A DNA stretch of 64,000 nt from Verrucomicrobiota bacterium (GCA_039027815.1 JBCCJK010000002.1:25610-89609), one strand, 5' to 3'. Counted from the stretch's first letter, positions 20,234-31,504 are shown. Translations and numbers: made by a program. The notes: generated by a model not told the origin, from the letters alone.

Positions 20234-20740
20234 ATGGAAGGCGTTCAAAAAATCGTTCTGCAACTGCCCGAAGGCACCTCTCTCAAATTCGGCTTGGAGA
20301 TGGACCGAGTCCGGATCGGACGGGCTCCCGACAATGATGTGGTCTTAGACGATGGGTCCATTTCCAATCACCACGCGGAATTGGTGGTTTCGGAAAGTGG
20401 CTGTGTTTTGAAGGATCTTCATTCCACCAACGGCATTTCCAAGGGCGGACTGGAGCAGGCGGAAATTTTGCTTCAGGATCTCGATATCGTGAAAATCGGT
20501 TCGGTGAGAATGCAGCTGCTGGCGCCGGGGAGCGAAGCGACTCTTTTTGACCAGCCCGATACCGACCCGCCTTTGCAACCGATGGCGGTGGTGGAGCAGG
20601 CGGAGCCTGAGGAGGAAAAAGAGGCGGGGGGCAGTTCGCTGGTGACCACTTTGACCTCGATTTTGGTGGTGATCGCGCTGGCCATCGGGGTGGCCTTGGC
20701 CCTCCTCTATTTCATTGATCGCTCTCAGAAGGGAGGGTGA
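20234..20740 (+). CDS. FHA-domain protein with a C-terminal TM anchor
   Basis: RIGRAPDNDVVLDDGSISNHHAEL...LKDLHSTNG FHA core. C-terminal hydrophobic LVTTLTSILVVIALAIGVALALLYF. Confidence 0.8.
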   Translation: MEGVQKIVLQLPEGTSLKFGLEMDRVRIGRAPDNDVVLDDGSISNHHAELVVSESGCVLKDLHSTNGISKGGLEQAEILLQDLDIVKIGSVRMQLLAPGSEATLFDQPDTDPPLQPMAVVEQAEPEEEKEAGGSSLVTTLTSILVVIALAIGVALALLYFIDRSQKGG

Positions 20741-20783
20741 CTTCAGAAGAAGGCCAAGGTGGCACCTCCCGGGCGAGGGATGG

Positions 20784-22859
20784 TTAGGGCTGGGCGGCGC
20801 GCTGGCTGAGATTTTGGGCGAGCTGGGCAGGGTCGCTGGTCGGAAGAAGGCATTGCCTGCCTTGGCAGACAAAGGCGGTCGGCCGGGTGGCTTGGTGGGC
20901 CAAGGTGGCGGTGAAGGGGTCGACCGGACCTTCGGTTCCCAGGACGAGCCGGGCCGGGCCGGGAGCGGCCAAACTGGCCCGGAGAAGGGCTCGGGTTTGG
21001 CTGGCCTGGGGGTCGCCCACCAGGACGATGCGGGTGAAGCCAGTTTGCATTTCGCTCAAGCCCAGGAGCATGGAGGGCAGCGCATGGGGGCTTCGCTCGA
21101 GGGTGTCTGCGAAATAGGCGAGGGTGTTTTCGGCCAGTTCACGGTAGCGGTTCTGGCCAGTGATTTCGGCCAAGCGGAGGAGGCTGCGGAGGGCGACTGA
21201 GTTTTCTGCGGGTGTGGCGCCGTCCCAGTCCGGCTTCATGCGGACGAAGAGGTCTTCCTGCTCGGGCGCTTGAAAAAACCCGCCTGCCTTCGGGTCATGA
21301 AAGCGAGCGATCATGGATTCGCTGATCTCGATGGCCCAGGCCAGAGTGCCCGCTTCCAAGGTGCTTTGATAGTGCCAGAGGAGCCCTTCCAAGAGAAAGG
21401 CGTAGTCTTCCAGAAGTTGGGCCCTATCCCGGTGGCCCTCGTGCCAGCGATGAGAGAGGCGTTTTGACCGGCTGTCCCAGAGGGCCTTTCGTAGGAAGGC
21501 GAGATTTTCCCGTGCGGCTTGGGCGTAGCGTTCCTCCTGCAAAAGCAGGCCGGCGCGGGCGCAAGCGCCCAACATAAGGCCGTTCCAGGAGGTGAGGATT
21601 TTGTCATCCAGCCCGGGGCGAATCCGTTGGCTGCGAGCTTCCAGGAGCTGGGCTCGGATTTGCGGGAGGGTTTCTTGTTCATCCGGGGTCAGTTGGCGGA
21701 AGGGGATGGCCTGGTGGAGGACGTTTTGGTTGAGGAGCGGTTGGGGGTCGCTGTGGTCGAGGAAATTGCCTGAGGGGGTCAGCCCATAGTGGCGGGTGGC
21801 GAGGTCGAGGAGCTGGTCATCGCCCAGGAGTTCGGCGATCTCGGCCAGCGTCCAGGTGTAGAACTTTCCTTCTTTGCCTTCACTATCGGCATCTTCGGCG
21901 GAGAAGAAGCCCCCTTGGGCGTGAGTCATGTCCCGGAGGAGGTAGTCGAGGGTGTCCCGCGCTGTCTGGGCGAAGCTCTCTTCCCCGGTCAGCCCCCAGA
22001 GATCGAGGTAGAGATGGACGAGCTGGGCGTTGTCGTAGAGCATTTTTTCAAAGTGAGGGACGAGCCATTCGCGGTCGACCGCGTAGCGGGCGAAGCCGCC
22101 GCCCAGTTGGTCGAAGATCCCGCCCTCCTGCATGCGGCGAGCGGTCGTGATGACTTGCTCAAGGGCGGCTTCCTCCCCTTGCAGCCAGCCCTGGTGCAAA
22201 AGAAAGAGCGGGTGGGAGGGCCGGGGAAACTTGGGGGCCCGGCCCCAGCCGCCTTGTTCGCGATCGTAGCCGCGTTGGAGCTCTTCCAAGGCCCGCGGGA
22301 GGAGATGGCTGGCCAGTTCGGGGTCCGGGGAGGGTGGGTCGGCGGCCAGGGCGTGGCGCAGTTGCTGGGCCGTCTGGGCGCCGTGCTGACGCACTTTGGC
22401 CCGCTCGTGGGTCCAGGTGTGGTGGAGGCTTTCCAAGACCATGGTGAAGCTGGCGCGGCCGTGGGCAGGCTGGGGCGGGAAGTAGGTCCCTCCGTAGAAG
22501 GGCTCGAGTTCCGGGGTGAGGAAGAGATGGAGAGGCCAGCCGCCGCCTTCGCTGGACAGGGCTTGGTAGGCGGCCATGTAGATTTGGTCCACATCGGGGC
22601 GCTCTTCGCGGTCCACCTTGATCGACACGAAGTGCTGATTGAGAAGGGCGGCGATGGCTTCGCTCTCGAAGGATTCGCGCTCCATGACATGACACCAGTG
22701 GCAGGTGGAGTAGCCGATGCTGAGGAGGATGGGCCGATCCAGTTCCCGGGCGCGAGCGAAGGCCGCTTCCCCCCAGGGATACCAGTCCACCGGATTGTGG
22801 AGGTGCTGGCGGAGGTAGGGGGAGGCTTCCCCGGCGAGGTGATTGGGCGGGTGGGGCAT
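20784..22859 (-). CDS. Thioredoxin-domain protein of the DUF255/YyaL (SPATA20-like) family
   Basis: N-terminal [13 protein letters not shown]...[16 protein letters not shown] thioredoxin-like motif followed by a long alpha/alpha-toroid-like region. Confidence 0.85.
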   Translation of the reverse strand: MPHPPNHLAGEASPYLRQHLHNPVDWYPWGEAAFARARELDRPILLSIGYSTCHWCHVMERESFESEAIAALLNQHFVSIKVDREERPDVDQIYMAAYQALSSEGGGWPLHLFLTPELEPFYGGTYFPPQPAHGRASFTMVLESLHHTWTHERAKVRQHGAQTAQQLRHALAADPPSPDPELASHLLPRALEELQRGYDREQGGWGRAPKFPRPSHPLFLLHQGWLQGEEAALEQVITTARRMQEGGIFDQLGGGFARYAVDREWLVPHFEKMLYDNAQLVHLYLDLWGLTGEESFAQTARDTLDYLLRDMTHAQGGFFSAEDADSEGKEGKFYTWTLAEIAELLGDDQLLDLATRHYGLTPSGNFLDHSDPQPLLNQNVLHQAIPFRQLTPDEQETLPQIRAQLLEARSQRIRPGLDDKILTSWNGLMLGACARAGLLLQEERYAQAARENLAFLRKALWDSRSKRLSHRWHEGHRDRAQLLEDYAFLLEGLLWHYQSTLEAGTLAWAIEISESMIARFHDPKAGGFFQAPEQEDLFVRMKPDWDGATPAENSVALRSLLRLAEITGQNRYRELAENTLAYFADTLERSPHALPSMLLGLSEMQTGFTRIVLVGDPQASQTRALLRASLAAPGPARLVLGTEGPVDPFTATLAHQATRPTAFVCQGRQCLLPTSDPAQLAQNLSQRAAQP

Positions 22860-22984
22860 GGGGGTGGATCGAAGTGGCTATCGGCGGGACGGAGCTAGCC
22901 CATTCATACGACCAATGAACGATTTAGGCAGATTTCTGGCAATCGAAGACTGGCCAAGCGAAATGTTCGATCGTAGGGCGAGGG

Positions 22985-24541
22985 ATGAGTTCCTGGAACC
23001 GTTACCTCGATTGTTTGGTCCGCTACGAAGACCTCGGCTTTTCTCTCGACTACTCCCGCATGAGCTTCGGGGAGGATTTCTTCCATGCCATGGCTCCGGC
23101 TTGCGAGCGGGCCTTTTCTGATATGACGAAGTTGGAGGCGGGAGAGATCGCCAATCCAGACGAGGGGCGCATGGTGGGCCACTATTGGCTGCGTCGTCCG
23201 GACTTGGCTCCCAGCGAGCTGGCGGCCGAGATCGAAGCCGATTTGGCCAATGTGAAGGCCTTCGCGGCTGCCGTGCACCAGGGGGAAGTGGCGACCCCTG
23301 CCGGCCAGAAGTTCACGCGGGTCCTGCTGGTGGGGATCGGGGGTTCCGCGCTCGGCCCGCAGTTGGTCACCGAAGCCTTGACCGGCCATGACGCGGCGCT
23401 TTCGATTTCCTTTTTCGACAACACCGATCCCGACGGGTTTGATAAGATCCTGGCGGCCATTGGGAGCGAGTTGGCTACCACCTTGACGGTCGTGATTTCG
23501 AAATCGGGCGGCACCAAGGAGACCCGCAACGGCATGCTGGAAGCGGAAGCGGCCTACCAAAGGGCGGGCCTCGACTTTCCGAAATACGCGGCTGCCGTCA
23601 CGGGAACGGGCAGCCAGCTCGATCAGCACGCTCAGTCTCAAGGCTGGATCAAGCGCTTTCCCATGGCGGACTGGGTCGGAGGCCGGACCTCGGTCATGAG
23701 TGTGGTGGGCTTGGTCCCAGCGGCCCTCCAAGGGGTGGACCTGGATGCCTTTCTCGCGGGGGCCGCGGCCATGGATGCCAAGACGCGGACCCTGCCCACT
23801 CAAGAAAATGCCGCTATGATTTTGGCGCTCATGTGGTTCTACGCCGGGGGAGGGCGAGGGGCCAAGGACATGGTCGTCCTGCCCTACAAGGACCGCCTGG
23901 TGCTCTTTTCGAAATACCTCCAGCAACTGGTGATGGAGTCCTTGGGCAAGGAGCACGATCTCGATGGCAAGCTCGTTCATCAGGGAATCGCGGTCTACGG
24001 GAACAAGGGTTCGACCGACCAGCATGCCTATGTCCAACAGCTCCGGGATGGAGTGAACAATTTCTTTGCGACCTTCATCGAGGTCCGCGAGGCCCGGAGT
24101 GGCGAGTCCATGGAGGTCGATCCCGGAGCGACCAGCGGCGATTACTTGCAAGGATTCCTCCGCGGGACCCGCTCGGCCCTCAGTGGCAGTGGTCGCGAGA
24201 ACCTGACCTTGAGTATCCCACAGGTGGATGCCGCCAACCTGGGGCTTTTGATCGCTCTCTTCGAACGGGCGGTCAGCTTCTACGCCAGTTTGGTCAACAT
24301 CAATGCCTACCACCAACCGGGAGTGGAGGCGGGCAAGAAGGCCGCCACGCAATTCCTGGATCTGCTCGGCCGGGTCAAGGGCGCCCTTCGGGCGGAGGCC
24401 TGCCCAGCGGAGACGGTGGCGGAGGCTTTGGGGGCCGAGACCGAAGATGTCTACCACTGCCTGACTCACTTGGCTGCCAATGGGGTGGCGGTGCGGCAGG
24501 CAGGAGCGGGACCAGCGGAAGACAGCTTTTCGCTCGCCTAA
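22985..24541 (+). CDS. pgi: Glucose-6-phosphate isomerase
   Basis: [38 protein letters not shown], and [20 protein letters not shown] motifs. Confidence 0.9.
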   Translation: MSSWNRYLDCLVRYEDLGFSLDYSRMSFGEDFFHAMAPACERAFSDMTKLEAGEIANPDEGRMVGHYWLRRPDLAPSELAAEIEADLANVKAFAAAVHQGEVATPAGQKFTRVLLVGIGGSALGPQLVTEALTGHDAALSISFFDNTDPDGFDKILAAIGSELATTLTVVISKSGGTKETRNGMLEAEAAYQRAGLDFPKYAAAVTGTGSQLDQHAQSQGWIKRFPMADWVGGRTSVMSVVGLVPAALQGVDLDAFLAGAAAMDAKTRTLPTQENAAMILALMWFYAGGGRGAKDMVVLPYKDRLVLFSKYLQQLVMESLGKEHDLDGKLVHQGIAVYGNKGSTDQHAYVQQLRDGVNNFFATFIEVREARSGESMEVDPGATSGDYLQGFLRGTRSALSGSGRENLTLSIPQVDAANLGLLIALFERAVSFYASLVNINAYHQPGVEAGKKAATQFLDLLGRVKGALRAEACPAETVAEALGAETEDVYHCLTHLAANGVAVRQAGAGPAEDSFSLA

Positions 24542-24554
24542 CGCTCTTGGGTTG

Positions 24555-27347
24555 ATGTCCCCAGACCGGGAAAAAGGCAATCGAGCGAAAGTCCAGGCCC
24601 ACGCCAGTGAGCAGCTTCTCCCAGCCAAGAAGCGGAGCCGCTCGCGCACGGAGCTGATCCGCGTTTACAAGCGGTTCCTCAAGCTGGAGGAATACCGCAT
24701 CCGGATGGCTCACAAGGCGGGCGAGGGAGGGATCGAGATCTGCCAGCGACGCTCCTCCTTGCTCGATGTGGTCTTGGTGAATCTCTTCGAGACGGCGCTT
24801 TTGGAGGAGAATGGGGGCAAACGCCAAGTGGCCCACATCGCCATGGTGGCCACCGGAGGCTACGGCCGGGGTCTTCTCAATCCCTCCAGTGACATCGATC
24901 TCCACTTCATCGTGGGCTCCGCCTCGCTCCCCAAAAGCACTCAGGACTTCATCGAAGAGATTCTCTACATGCTTTGGGACGTGGGCTTCAAGGTGGGGCA
25001 TGCCACCCGCACGCTCAAGCAGACTCTACAGCAAGCCAGTGCAGATAACCAGACCAAGTCTTCTCTCATCGAGGCGCGCTTTCTTTGGGGCAAGCAAGCG
25101 CTCTTTGACTCCCTGCAAGCAAGCTTTCGCAAGAGCTGCATCGACCGCAAGGAGGCCGACTACTTGAAAATCCGCGTGGACGATATCCGGACCCGTCGCA
25201 AGAAATGGTTCAATACGGTCTTCTTGCAGGAACCCAATGTGAAGCAGAGTGCCGGGGGCCTGCGCGATTACCAAAACATGATCTGGATCACCTGGGTCAA
25301 GCGCAACACGCTCGATCTTCAGGTCTTGGTGGAGGAGGGCTATCTGGCCGAGCGGAGTTTCAATGAATTGCAGCGGGCCTATGACTTCCTTCTGCGAGTG
25401 CGCAATGAGCTGCATTATGAGTATGGGCGGGGCAATGACCTCTTGACCCTCCAAATGCAGGGCGTGGTCGCCAAGAATTTCGCCTACCCTCAGCACACCA
25501 TCCTCCGGAAGATTGAGGCTTTTATGCGGGATTACTACACCCACACGCGGGCCTTACTTCATCATGTGAACGCGGTCTTGGATGCCTTCCAAATCGAGGT
25601 GGAGGAGGAAGAGCGGGAAGGTTTTCGCGGGCTCTTCTCCCTCAAAAACGCTCGGGAAGAACACTTTGATGGGTTCTTCTCCCGCGAGAGCCGGATCTTC
25701 CCAGAGCACGATGAGATCTTCTTTCAGGACCCCGGGCGCATCATGCGGGTCTTCCAGCACACCCAGCTCCGCTACCTGCGCTTCTCGCCCGAGCTGGTGC
25801 AGCTCTTCACGGCGCAGCTGCTGAAGGTCGATCAGGAATTCCGCTACCACGCCGACCACCGGGCCGTTTTTGAATCGATCCTGAGCCGCAAAGGCGAGGT
25901 CGGTCCGACGCTTCGCCGGATGCATCGGCTGGACTTTCTCGGTCGCTACCTCCCCGAGTTTGGAAAGCTGACCTGCCTGGTGCAGCACGAGTTCTTCCAC
26001 CGCTACACCGCGGACGAGCACACCCTCCGCTGCATTGATGAAATGGATGGCCTGCTCGACACCGATCACCAAAGCCTCGGGCTCTTGCAAAAGCTCTTCC
26101 GCGACTTCCCCGAGCCCTTCATCCTCTACCTCGCCCTCATCCTGCACGACACGGGCCGGGCCGAGAACGTGCGGCGGCACGAGGACGGCAGCGCCATGCT
26201 AGCCAGCCAAGTGGCCAAGCGCTTGCAGATCAAGTCGGATCGACGTCGCCTGCTCATGTTCCTGGTGGATCACCATCTGACCTTTTGGAGAACGGCCACC
26301 ACCAAGAACATCGACGACCCGGAAGTGGTCATCGAGTTCGCTAAGATCACACGCAGCCAACTCCATCTCGATGCGCTCCTCATTTTCACCTACGCTGATT
26401 CGAAAGGGACGAATGAGGAAGCCTGGTCCTCTTGGAAAGAGAGCTTGATGCTGCGGCTCTATCGTCACACGACCGGCTACTTCGAGGACCAGCAGGCTTT
26501 TCACAGTCGCTTCAGCCGGCCCTTGGCCGAGGTCCGCAAGGAGGTGGACCGCCTTTTGCCGGAGACCTTCGCGGCCGAGACCAAGGCGCATTTCGCCTAC
26601 ATGCCGGAGCACTACTTTTACCGCCCGGATTCGGAGGCCATCGCCCGCCACATCCGCATGGTGAAAGAGCATCGGGACCTCCTCGAGTCGAGCGGAGAGG
26701 CTTGCGTCACGCCCTCCATCACTTGGGTCGAACACCCGAACCGGGGAACGAGTGAGCTGCTGGTTTGCTCGGAGGAGAGGGAGCTGCTCCTGGCGAGCAT
26801 CGCTGCGGCTTTGGCTGCCCAGAACCTGACGGTCATGCGGGCGGACATTTTCACCCGAGTGGATGGACTGGTGCTCGATATCTTCCACGTCCGCACCACC
26901 AACTTTGAGCCGGTCCGCTCAAAGCGAATCCTCCGCCAGTTCGAGGCGGATCTCGCGAAAACCTGCCAGCCGACCGAATCGCTTTTCGGTGACCTCTTGC
27001 AGCGAGCTTCCGGGCATGTCCGGACACGTAAGGTGGGCCTGGTCGGCTTTCCCCAGCGGGTCTACGTGCAGACAAACGACCCGAAGGTCACCACGGTGGA
27101 AGTCCAGGCGCAGGACCGGATTGGACTGCTTTTCGATCTCTTCTTTACCCTGCGGACTTTGGATCTGGAAGTGGTCCAGGCGCGGATTCACACTGAAAAA
27201 GGGGCGGCTCTCGATAGCTTCTCCATTTTGGACGAACGGCACGAGCCCCTCAAGGACGCGGTCAAGCTGCAAGCGGTCCAGTCGGCGCTCGAAGACGCCA
27301 TCGGGATCGAACATGAGGCGGCTCATCAATCGCCGCCCCTTTCCTGA
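24555..27347 (+). CDS. glnD: [Protein-PII] uridylyltransferase/uridylyl-removing enzyme
   Basis: Nucleotidyltransferase motif ATGGYGRGLLNPSSDIDL, HD domain LALILHDTGR, two C-terminal ACT-like segments. Confidence 0.85.
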   Translation: MSPDREKGNRAKVQAHASEQLLPAKKRSRSRTELIRVYKRFLKLEEYRIRMAHKAGEGGIEICQRRSSLLDVVLVNLFETALLEENGGKRQVAHIAMVATGGYGRGLLNPSSDIDLHFIVGSASLPKSTQDFIEEILYMLWDVGFKVGHATRTLKQTLQQASADNQTKSSLIEARFLWGKQALFDSLQASFRKSCIDRKEADYLKIRVDDIRTRRKKWFNTVFLQEPNVKQSAGGLRDYQNMIWITWVKRNTLDLQVLVEEGYLAERSFNELQRAYDFLLRVRNELHYEYGRGNDLLTLQMQGVVAKNFAYPQHTILRKIEAFMRDYYTHTRALLHHVNAVLDAFQIEVEEEEREGFRGLFSLKNAREEHFDGFFSRESRIFPEHDEIFFQDPGRIMRVFQHTQLRYLRFSPELVQLFTAQLLKVDQEFRYHADHRAVFESILSRKGEVGPTLRRMHRLDFLGRYLPEFGKLTCLVQHEFFHRYTADEHTLRCIDEMDGLLDTDHQSLGLLQKLFRDFPEPFILYLALILHDTGRAENVRRHEDGSAMLASQVAKRLQIKSDRRRLLMFLVDHHLTFWRTATTKNIDDPEVVIEFAKITRSQLHLDALLIFTYADSKGTNEEAWSSWKESLMLRLYRHTTGYFEDQQAFHSRFSRPLAEVRKEVDRLLPETFAAETKAHFAYMPEHYFYRPDSEAIARHIRMVKEHRDLLESSGEACVTPSITWVEHPNRGTSELLVCSEERELLLASIAAALAAQNLTVMRADIFTRVDGLVLDIFHVRTTNFEPVRSKRILRQFEADLAKTCQPTESLFGDLLQRASGHVRTRKVGLVGFPQRVYVQTNDPKVTTVEVQAQDRIGLLFDLFFTLRTLDLEVVQARIHTEKGAALDSFSILDERHEPLKDAVKLQAVQSALEDAIGIEHEAAHQSPPLS

Positions 27348-29961
27348 GCGCGGCGCACCGGAAGGAGGGTTCCAGGCTGCCCCGGGGTGCGTAGTTTTTC
27401 CGGTGCTCTGGAGTCTTTTCCAACTGCTGATCCTGCGTCGCCTCCGGGATCGTCCCCTGGTCAGTGTTCTCACCGTGGTGAGCATCGCGCTGGGAGTGGC
27501 GGTCTTCCTGGCCATCCGCATCACCAACACCAGCGCGACGGCGGCCTTTCAATCGACGCTCGACGTGGTGAGCGGTCGCAGCCACCTAGTGGTCTCCGCC
27601 CGGACGGAGGACTTGGATGAAGACTTCTTCCCCCAGGTGGCCCAGGTCGAGGGCATCGCGGCCGCCACTCCCTTGGTGGAAGGCTATGCCGTGCTTCCCG
27701 AGCACCCCGGGGAGTACCTCCATCTCTTCGGGGTGGATCTGTTCACGAACGCCCCCTTCCTCCCGCCTCAGACCGAAGAGGGCTTTACCGGGGAGTTCGA
27801 CACCGAAGCCTTTCTTTCCCAGGCGGCCACCGTCTCGCTGAGTGAGGCGATGAGGGAACGCTGCGGCTTGGTCGAAGGGGAGGCCGTCTTGCTGGAAATC
27901 GATGGCCGACGGGTTGAAGTCCAGGTCAGCGCGATGGGCTCCGAGGCCTTTTTGGGCAGTGGCCAATCCAGTCACCAAGCCATCATGGACATTGGGTGGG
28001 CCCAAGAACTCTTGGGCCGGGTGGGAGGGCTTTCCTCTGTCCAAGTCCGGCTGGAAAATCCCCGGGAGATCGACCTCATGATCGAGCGCCTCCGCGGTCA
28101 ACTGGGCCAGGCCAATCTGGCCATCGCGCCGCCCGAAGCCCGCAGTCGCCAGGTCGGGAACATGCTTTCGGGCTTCCAGCTCAACCTGACCGCGCTCAGC
28201 TTGATCGCCCTCTTGGTGGGGGTGTTCCTGGTCTACAGCACTTCGGTGGCGTCGGTGGTGCAACGTCGACCCGAGATCGGCACGCTGAAAAGCCTCGGCG
28301 CCAGCCCGGCTCAGATTCGAGGCCTCTTTCTGGGCGAGGCTCTCTGCTTCGGAGCGCTCGGGATCGTTTTGGGCAGTCTGGGCGGAATTCTCCTGGCGCG
28401 GGCGCTCACGAGTGCGGTGGGAGAGACCATCAGCGCGCACTACTTGCTCCTCACGATCGAGAACTTGGCTCTGGCGCCGACGGACTTCGTCTGGGGCGCG
28501 CTGGCGGGCTTGACGGCCTGCGTGGTGGGCAGCCTCGCGCCGGCCGCAGAGGCGGCCCGGGTCGATCCGGTCCAGGCCTTGCATCCCGGTCGACTGCAAG
28601 AGCGCCAGCTTGGACGGGTGGCGGGTATGGCCCTTTGGGGCTTGCTTCTCATTGGCTTGGCCGGGCTGCTGAGTTGGCTGGCGCTGGAAACGGGTCCGCC
28701 TTGGTTAAGCTTCCTGGCTTGTCTCAGCCTGACCTTTGGCTGTGCCCTGCCTTGCCCCTGGGTGGCAGATCGTTTGGGCAAGGGGATTCTCCGCAGCTCG
28801 CTCGTCTTCCCGGTCTCCCTTCAGCTCGGGTTTCAGACCTTCCAGCGTTCGCTTCATCGGAGCGGGGTCACCATCGCGGCCCTCATGACGGCCCTTGCCA
28901 TGACGACGGGCGTCACGTTGATGATCGCCAGCTTCCGCGACACCGTGGGCACCTGGATCGGCCAGAGCATGCACGCCGACCTCTACCTGACGCCCGCTGC
29001 CAACGAAGTGCTCGGGCTGCAATCCCTCTTCCCCACCACGCTCTACCAGAAACTCCAGCAGGCCGAGTGGGTCGAGAAAACGGAGACCGTCCGCGAGGTC
29101 CCGCTGACCTTGGTCGATGGCGAGGCCACCACGCTGCGGGTCATCGATGCCCGGGATGGCAACCGCTATCGCTTTCTCGGAGGCGACCACTTGCAGAAGT
29201 TCCAAGCGGCCCAGGAGGAGGGGGCAGTCATGGTCTCAGAGGCCTACGCGAGGCGCTTTCAGGTTGGCGAAGGCGATTCGATTTGGCTCCCCACGCCGCA
29301 GGGGGAGAGGGAGTTCCAGATCGCGGGCGTTTACTTCGACTACTCGGATGACCGGGGTCGCATCGTGCTCTGGCGGGAGCACTTCCGCTCGCTCTGGCAA
29401 GAGGATCGTTTTCACTCCCTGTCCCTGACCTTGCGCGGCCCTCTCCCGCCGGAGCGGGCGATCGAGAAGATCCGGGAGTTGGCGGCGGGAGAGGGGGCGC
29501 TCCAGATCTACTCCAATCGAACGCTCCGGGAGCGGGTCTTTGAAATCTTCGACCAGACCTTTGCCATCACGTATGCGCTGCGGGGGGTCGCGCTCGTGGT
29601 GGCGGTCTTGGGGATCGTGCTGACGCTGACCACGCTTATCCGAGAGCGGGCGCGAGAGGTCTCCGTCCTGCGCTCCCTCGGCGGCAGCCCCTGGCAGGTG
29701 CAAGCGCTCCATTGGACGGAGGCGGGTTGCATCGGACTGGTCAGCAGTCTGGTGGGGGTGGGGTGCGGTTTTGGGCTGGCGCTCATTCTGACCTGGGTCG
29801 TCAACCGGGCCTTCTTCGGCTGGACCATCCAGTTTGCCCCCAATCTGACCGACCTCTTGCTGACACCGCTCGCGGCCACGTTGGCGGCCATCGTGGCCAG
29901 CCTCCTCCCGGCCAAGGCCGCCGCCAGCCAACCCATCGCCTCCTCCCTCCGAACCGAATGA
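27313..29961 (+). CDS. Large FtsX/MacB-type ABC transporter permease (duplicated FtsX domains)
   Basis: Two FtsX-like 4-TM modules (..EIGTLKSLGASPAQI.. and ..EVSVLRSLGGSPWQV..). Start ambiguous: ATG 27313 overlaps glnD, GTG 27403 does not. Confidence 0.8.
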   Translation: MRRLINRRPFPERGAPEGGFQAAPGCVVFPVLWSLFQLLILRRLRDRPLVSVLTVVSIALGVAVFLAIRITNTSATAAFQSTLDVVSGRSHLVVSARTEDLDEDFFPQVAQVEGIAAATPLVEGYAVLPEHPGEYLHLFGVDLFTNAPFLPPQTEEGFTGEFDTEAFLSQAATVSLSEAMRERCGLVEGEAVLLEIDGRRVEVQVSAMGSEAFLGSGQSSHQAIMDIGWAQELLGRVGGLSSVQVRLENPREIDLMIERLRGQLGQANLAIAPPEARSRQVGNMLSGFQLNLTALSLIALLVGVFLVYSTSVASVVQRRPEIGTLKSLGASPAQIRGLFLGEALCFGALGIVLGSLGGILLARALTSAVGETISAHYLLLTIENLALAPTDFVWGALAGLTACVVGSLAPAAEAARVDPVQALHPGRLQERQLGRVAGMALWGLLLIGLAGLLSWLALETGPPWLSFLACLSLTFGCALPCPWVADRLGKGILRSSLVFPVSLQLGFQTFQRSLHRSGVTIAALMTALAMTTGVTLMIASFRDTVGTWIGQSMHADLYLTPAANEVLGLQSLFPTTLYQKLQQAEWVEKTETVREVPLTLVDGEATTLRVIDARDGNRYRFLGGDHLQKFQAAQEEGAVMVSEAYARRFQVGEGDSIWLPTPQGEREFQIAGVYFDYSDDRGRIVLWREHFRSLWQEDRFHSLSLTLRGPLPPERAIEKIRELAAGEGALQIYSNRTLRERVFEIFDQTFAITYALRGVALVVAVLGIVLTLTTLIRERAREVSVLRSLGGSPWQVQALHWTEAGCIGLVSSLVGVGCGFGLALILTWVVNRAFFGWTIQFAPNLTDLLLTPLAATLAAIVASLLPAKAAASQPIASSLRTE

Positions 29962-31049
29962 AATTCTGGCTGCTCCTCCTTCTGAGCCAGGCCCCCCTGG
30001 GGGCCCTCGCGACCGAATGGCCCGAATGGCAAAAGGCCCTGCCCGGTTGGGAATACCAATTCCCGGCGGACCACTACGCCCACGACGCCTTCAAGACGGA
30101 GTGGTGGTATTTCACGGGCCACCTCGCGACCGAGGAAGGGCGCCCCTACGGTTTTCAGATCACCTTTTTTCGCCAAGGGCTGCGACCGCCCGGTTCGGTG
30201 GCGGTGGCCTCCCGCTTTGTGCGGGATCATTTCCAGTTTGGACACTTCGCCTTGAGTGATCTGCGGGCGCGAGCGTTCTGGTACACGCAGGAGATCGATC
30301 GAGGGGCCTTCGGCGGCTCGGGTGTGGGCCGGCCCGGTTCAACCCAGCTCGTTTTTCTGAAGGACTGGGAGCTTCATCTGACCGAGGACGGCGGCTTTCA
30401 CGTTATCGCGGAGAGCGAGGGACGGCGGCTGGAGCTGACTCTGCGTCCGACGCGAGGGCCGATTTTCAACGGCCAGAATGGAGTCAGCCAAAAAGCGGTC
30501 GGTCTCGGCAATGCCACCCATTATTACACCTTTCCGCGACTCCAAGCCACGGGCACGCTGGTGGCGAAGCCGGGTCGGAAAGCGGAGTCTGTCTCGGGCG
30601 AAGTTTGGCTGGATCGAGAGTGGGGCTCGAACCAACTGGCCAGCAACCAAGTGGGCTGGGATTGGTTCTCCCTCCAATTCGCCAATGGCGATAGCCTGAT
30701 GCTCTACCAGCTGCGGCAGTCCGATGGGAGCGCCGACCCCATGTCGAGCGGGACCTGGATTCCCCGCGAGGGGGAGCCAATCCACCTCAAGAAAAACGAC
30801 TTCGATTTGCTCCCGCGCCGGACCTGGAAAAGCCCCCGGACCGAAGGGGAGTATCCCATCGATTGGACCCTGCGGGTGCCCAGCCAAGGGGTGGATCTGG
30901 AAGTGAAAGCGGTCTTTCCGGCACAGGAACTCGTCTTGGAGCCGATCGGCTACTGGGAGGGCGTGGTGAAGGCCAAGGGAAGCCATGAGGGAGAGGGCTA
31001 CCTCGAGATGACGGGCTACGCTGACGAGTTGGAAACCCTTCAGGATTAG
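29958..31049 (+). CDS. AttH/CrtC-like lipocalin-fold protein (hydroxyneurosporene-synthase-like family)
   Basis: ATGA overlap with the permease. Signal peptide, then FPADHYAHDAFKTEWWYFTGHL, typical of the AttH/CrtC family. Confidence 0.7.
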   Translation: MKFWLLLLLSQAPLGALATEWPEWQKALPGWEYQFPADHYAHDAFKTEWWYFTGHLATEEGRPYGFQITFFRQGLRPPGSVAVASRFVRDHFQFGHFALSDLRARAFWYTQEIDRGAFGGSGVGRPGSTQLVFLKDWELHLTEDGGFHVIAESEGRRLELTLRPTRGPIFNGQNGVSQKAVGLGNATHYYTFPRLQATGTLVAKPGRKAESVSGEVWLDREWGSNQLASNQVGWDWFSLQFANGDSLMLYQLRQSDGSADPMSSGTWIPREGEPIHLKKNDFDLLPRRTWKSPRTEGEYPIDWTLRVPSQGVDLEVKAVFPAQELVLEPIGYWEGVVKAKGSHEGEGYLEMTGYADELETLQD

Positions 31050-31142
31050 GGGCTGAGGAAGGTTTTCAGGACTTTTTTGCCCTTTTTTGGGCCGCCGCGT
31101 GCGAGGGTCGGGCGGCTTCCTGTAGGGCCTCAAAAACGTTTT

Positions 31143-31483
31143 CCAACAGACCACGCTCTTCGATCAGGCGAAGCAACAATTGCTATCGCTCTTCTGATCT
31201 TTTCGGATCTCGCGACAGCGCGGCACGGCTCTCGTGGAATCTCAACTCGCGACGCGCGTGAATTTGCTGCCTGCTGCGGAGTCGATCTACGTGTGGGAGG
31301 GGAAGATCCAGCAGGAGGGGGAGATTGTGGCCATCGCCAAGACCGCGATGGAAAAGAAAGACGCGCTGGAGTCTTGAGTCTTATCTGGCCACCTACCATC
31401 CCTACGAAGTTCCCGAGCTGGTGCTGCTGCCCATGGCAGATGGGGGTGGGGAGTCTATGCGATGGGTGCGGGGTGCCTTGTGA
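31143..31483 (+). pseudogene. cutA: cutA (divalent-cation tolerance protein) pseudogene, frame-disrupted
   Basis: CutA-like peptide is split across frames: ..ALVESQLATRVNLLPAAESIYVWEGKIQQEGEIVAIAKTAMEKKDALES* then +1 frame ..SYLATYHPYEVPELVLLPMADG.. A tandem 7-bp duplication gagtctt/gagtctt (31369-31382) causes the shift. The N-terminal part is in yet another frame and has no clear start. Confidence 0.65.
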
Positions 31484-31504
31484 AAGAGGCTGTGCAAGGG
31501 GCGT

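Noticed and set aside
31050-31140. Possible intrinsic terminator after the AttH-like gene (gccgcc...ggcggc stem and T-runs).
   Set aside because: The stem is 6 bp with a 14-nt loop, and the T-runs precede the stem rather than follow it. It is not convincing on either strand.
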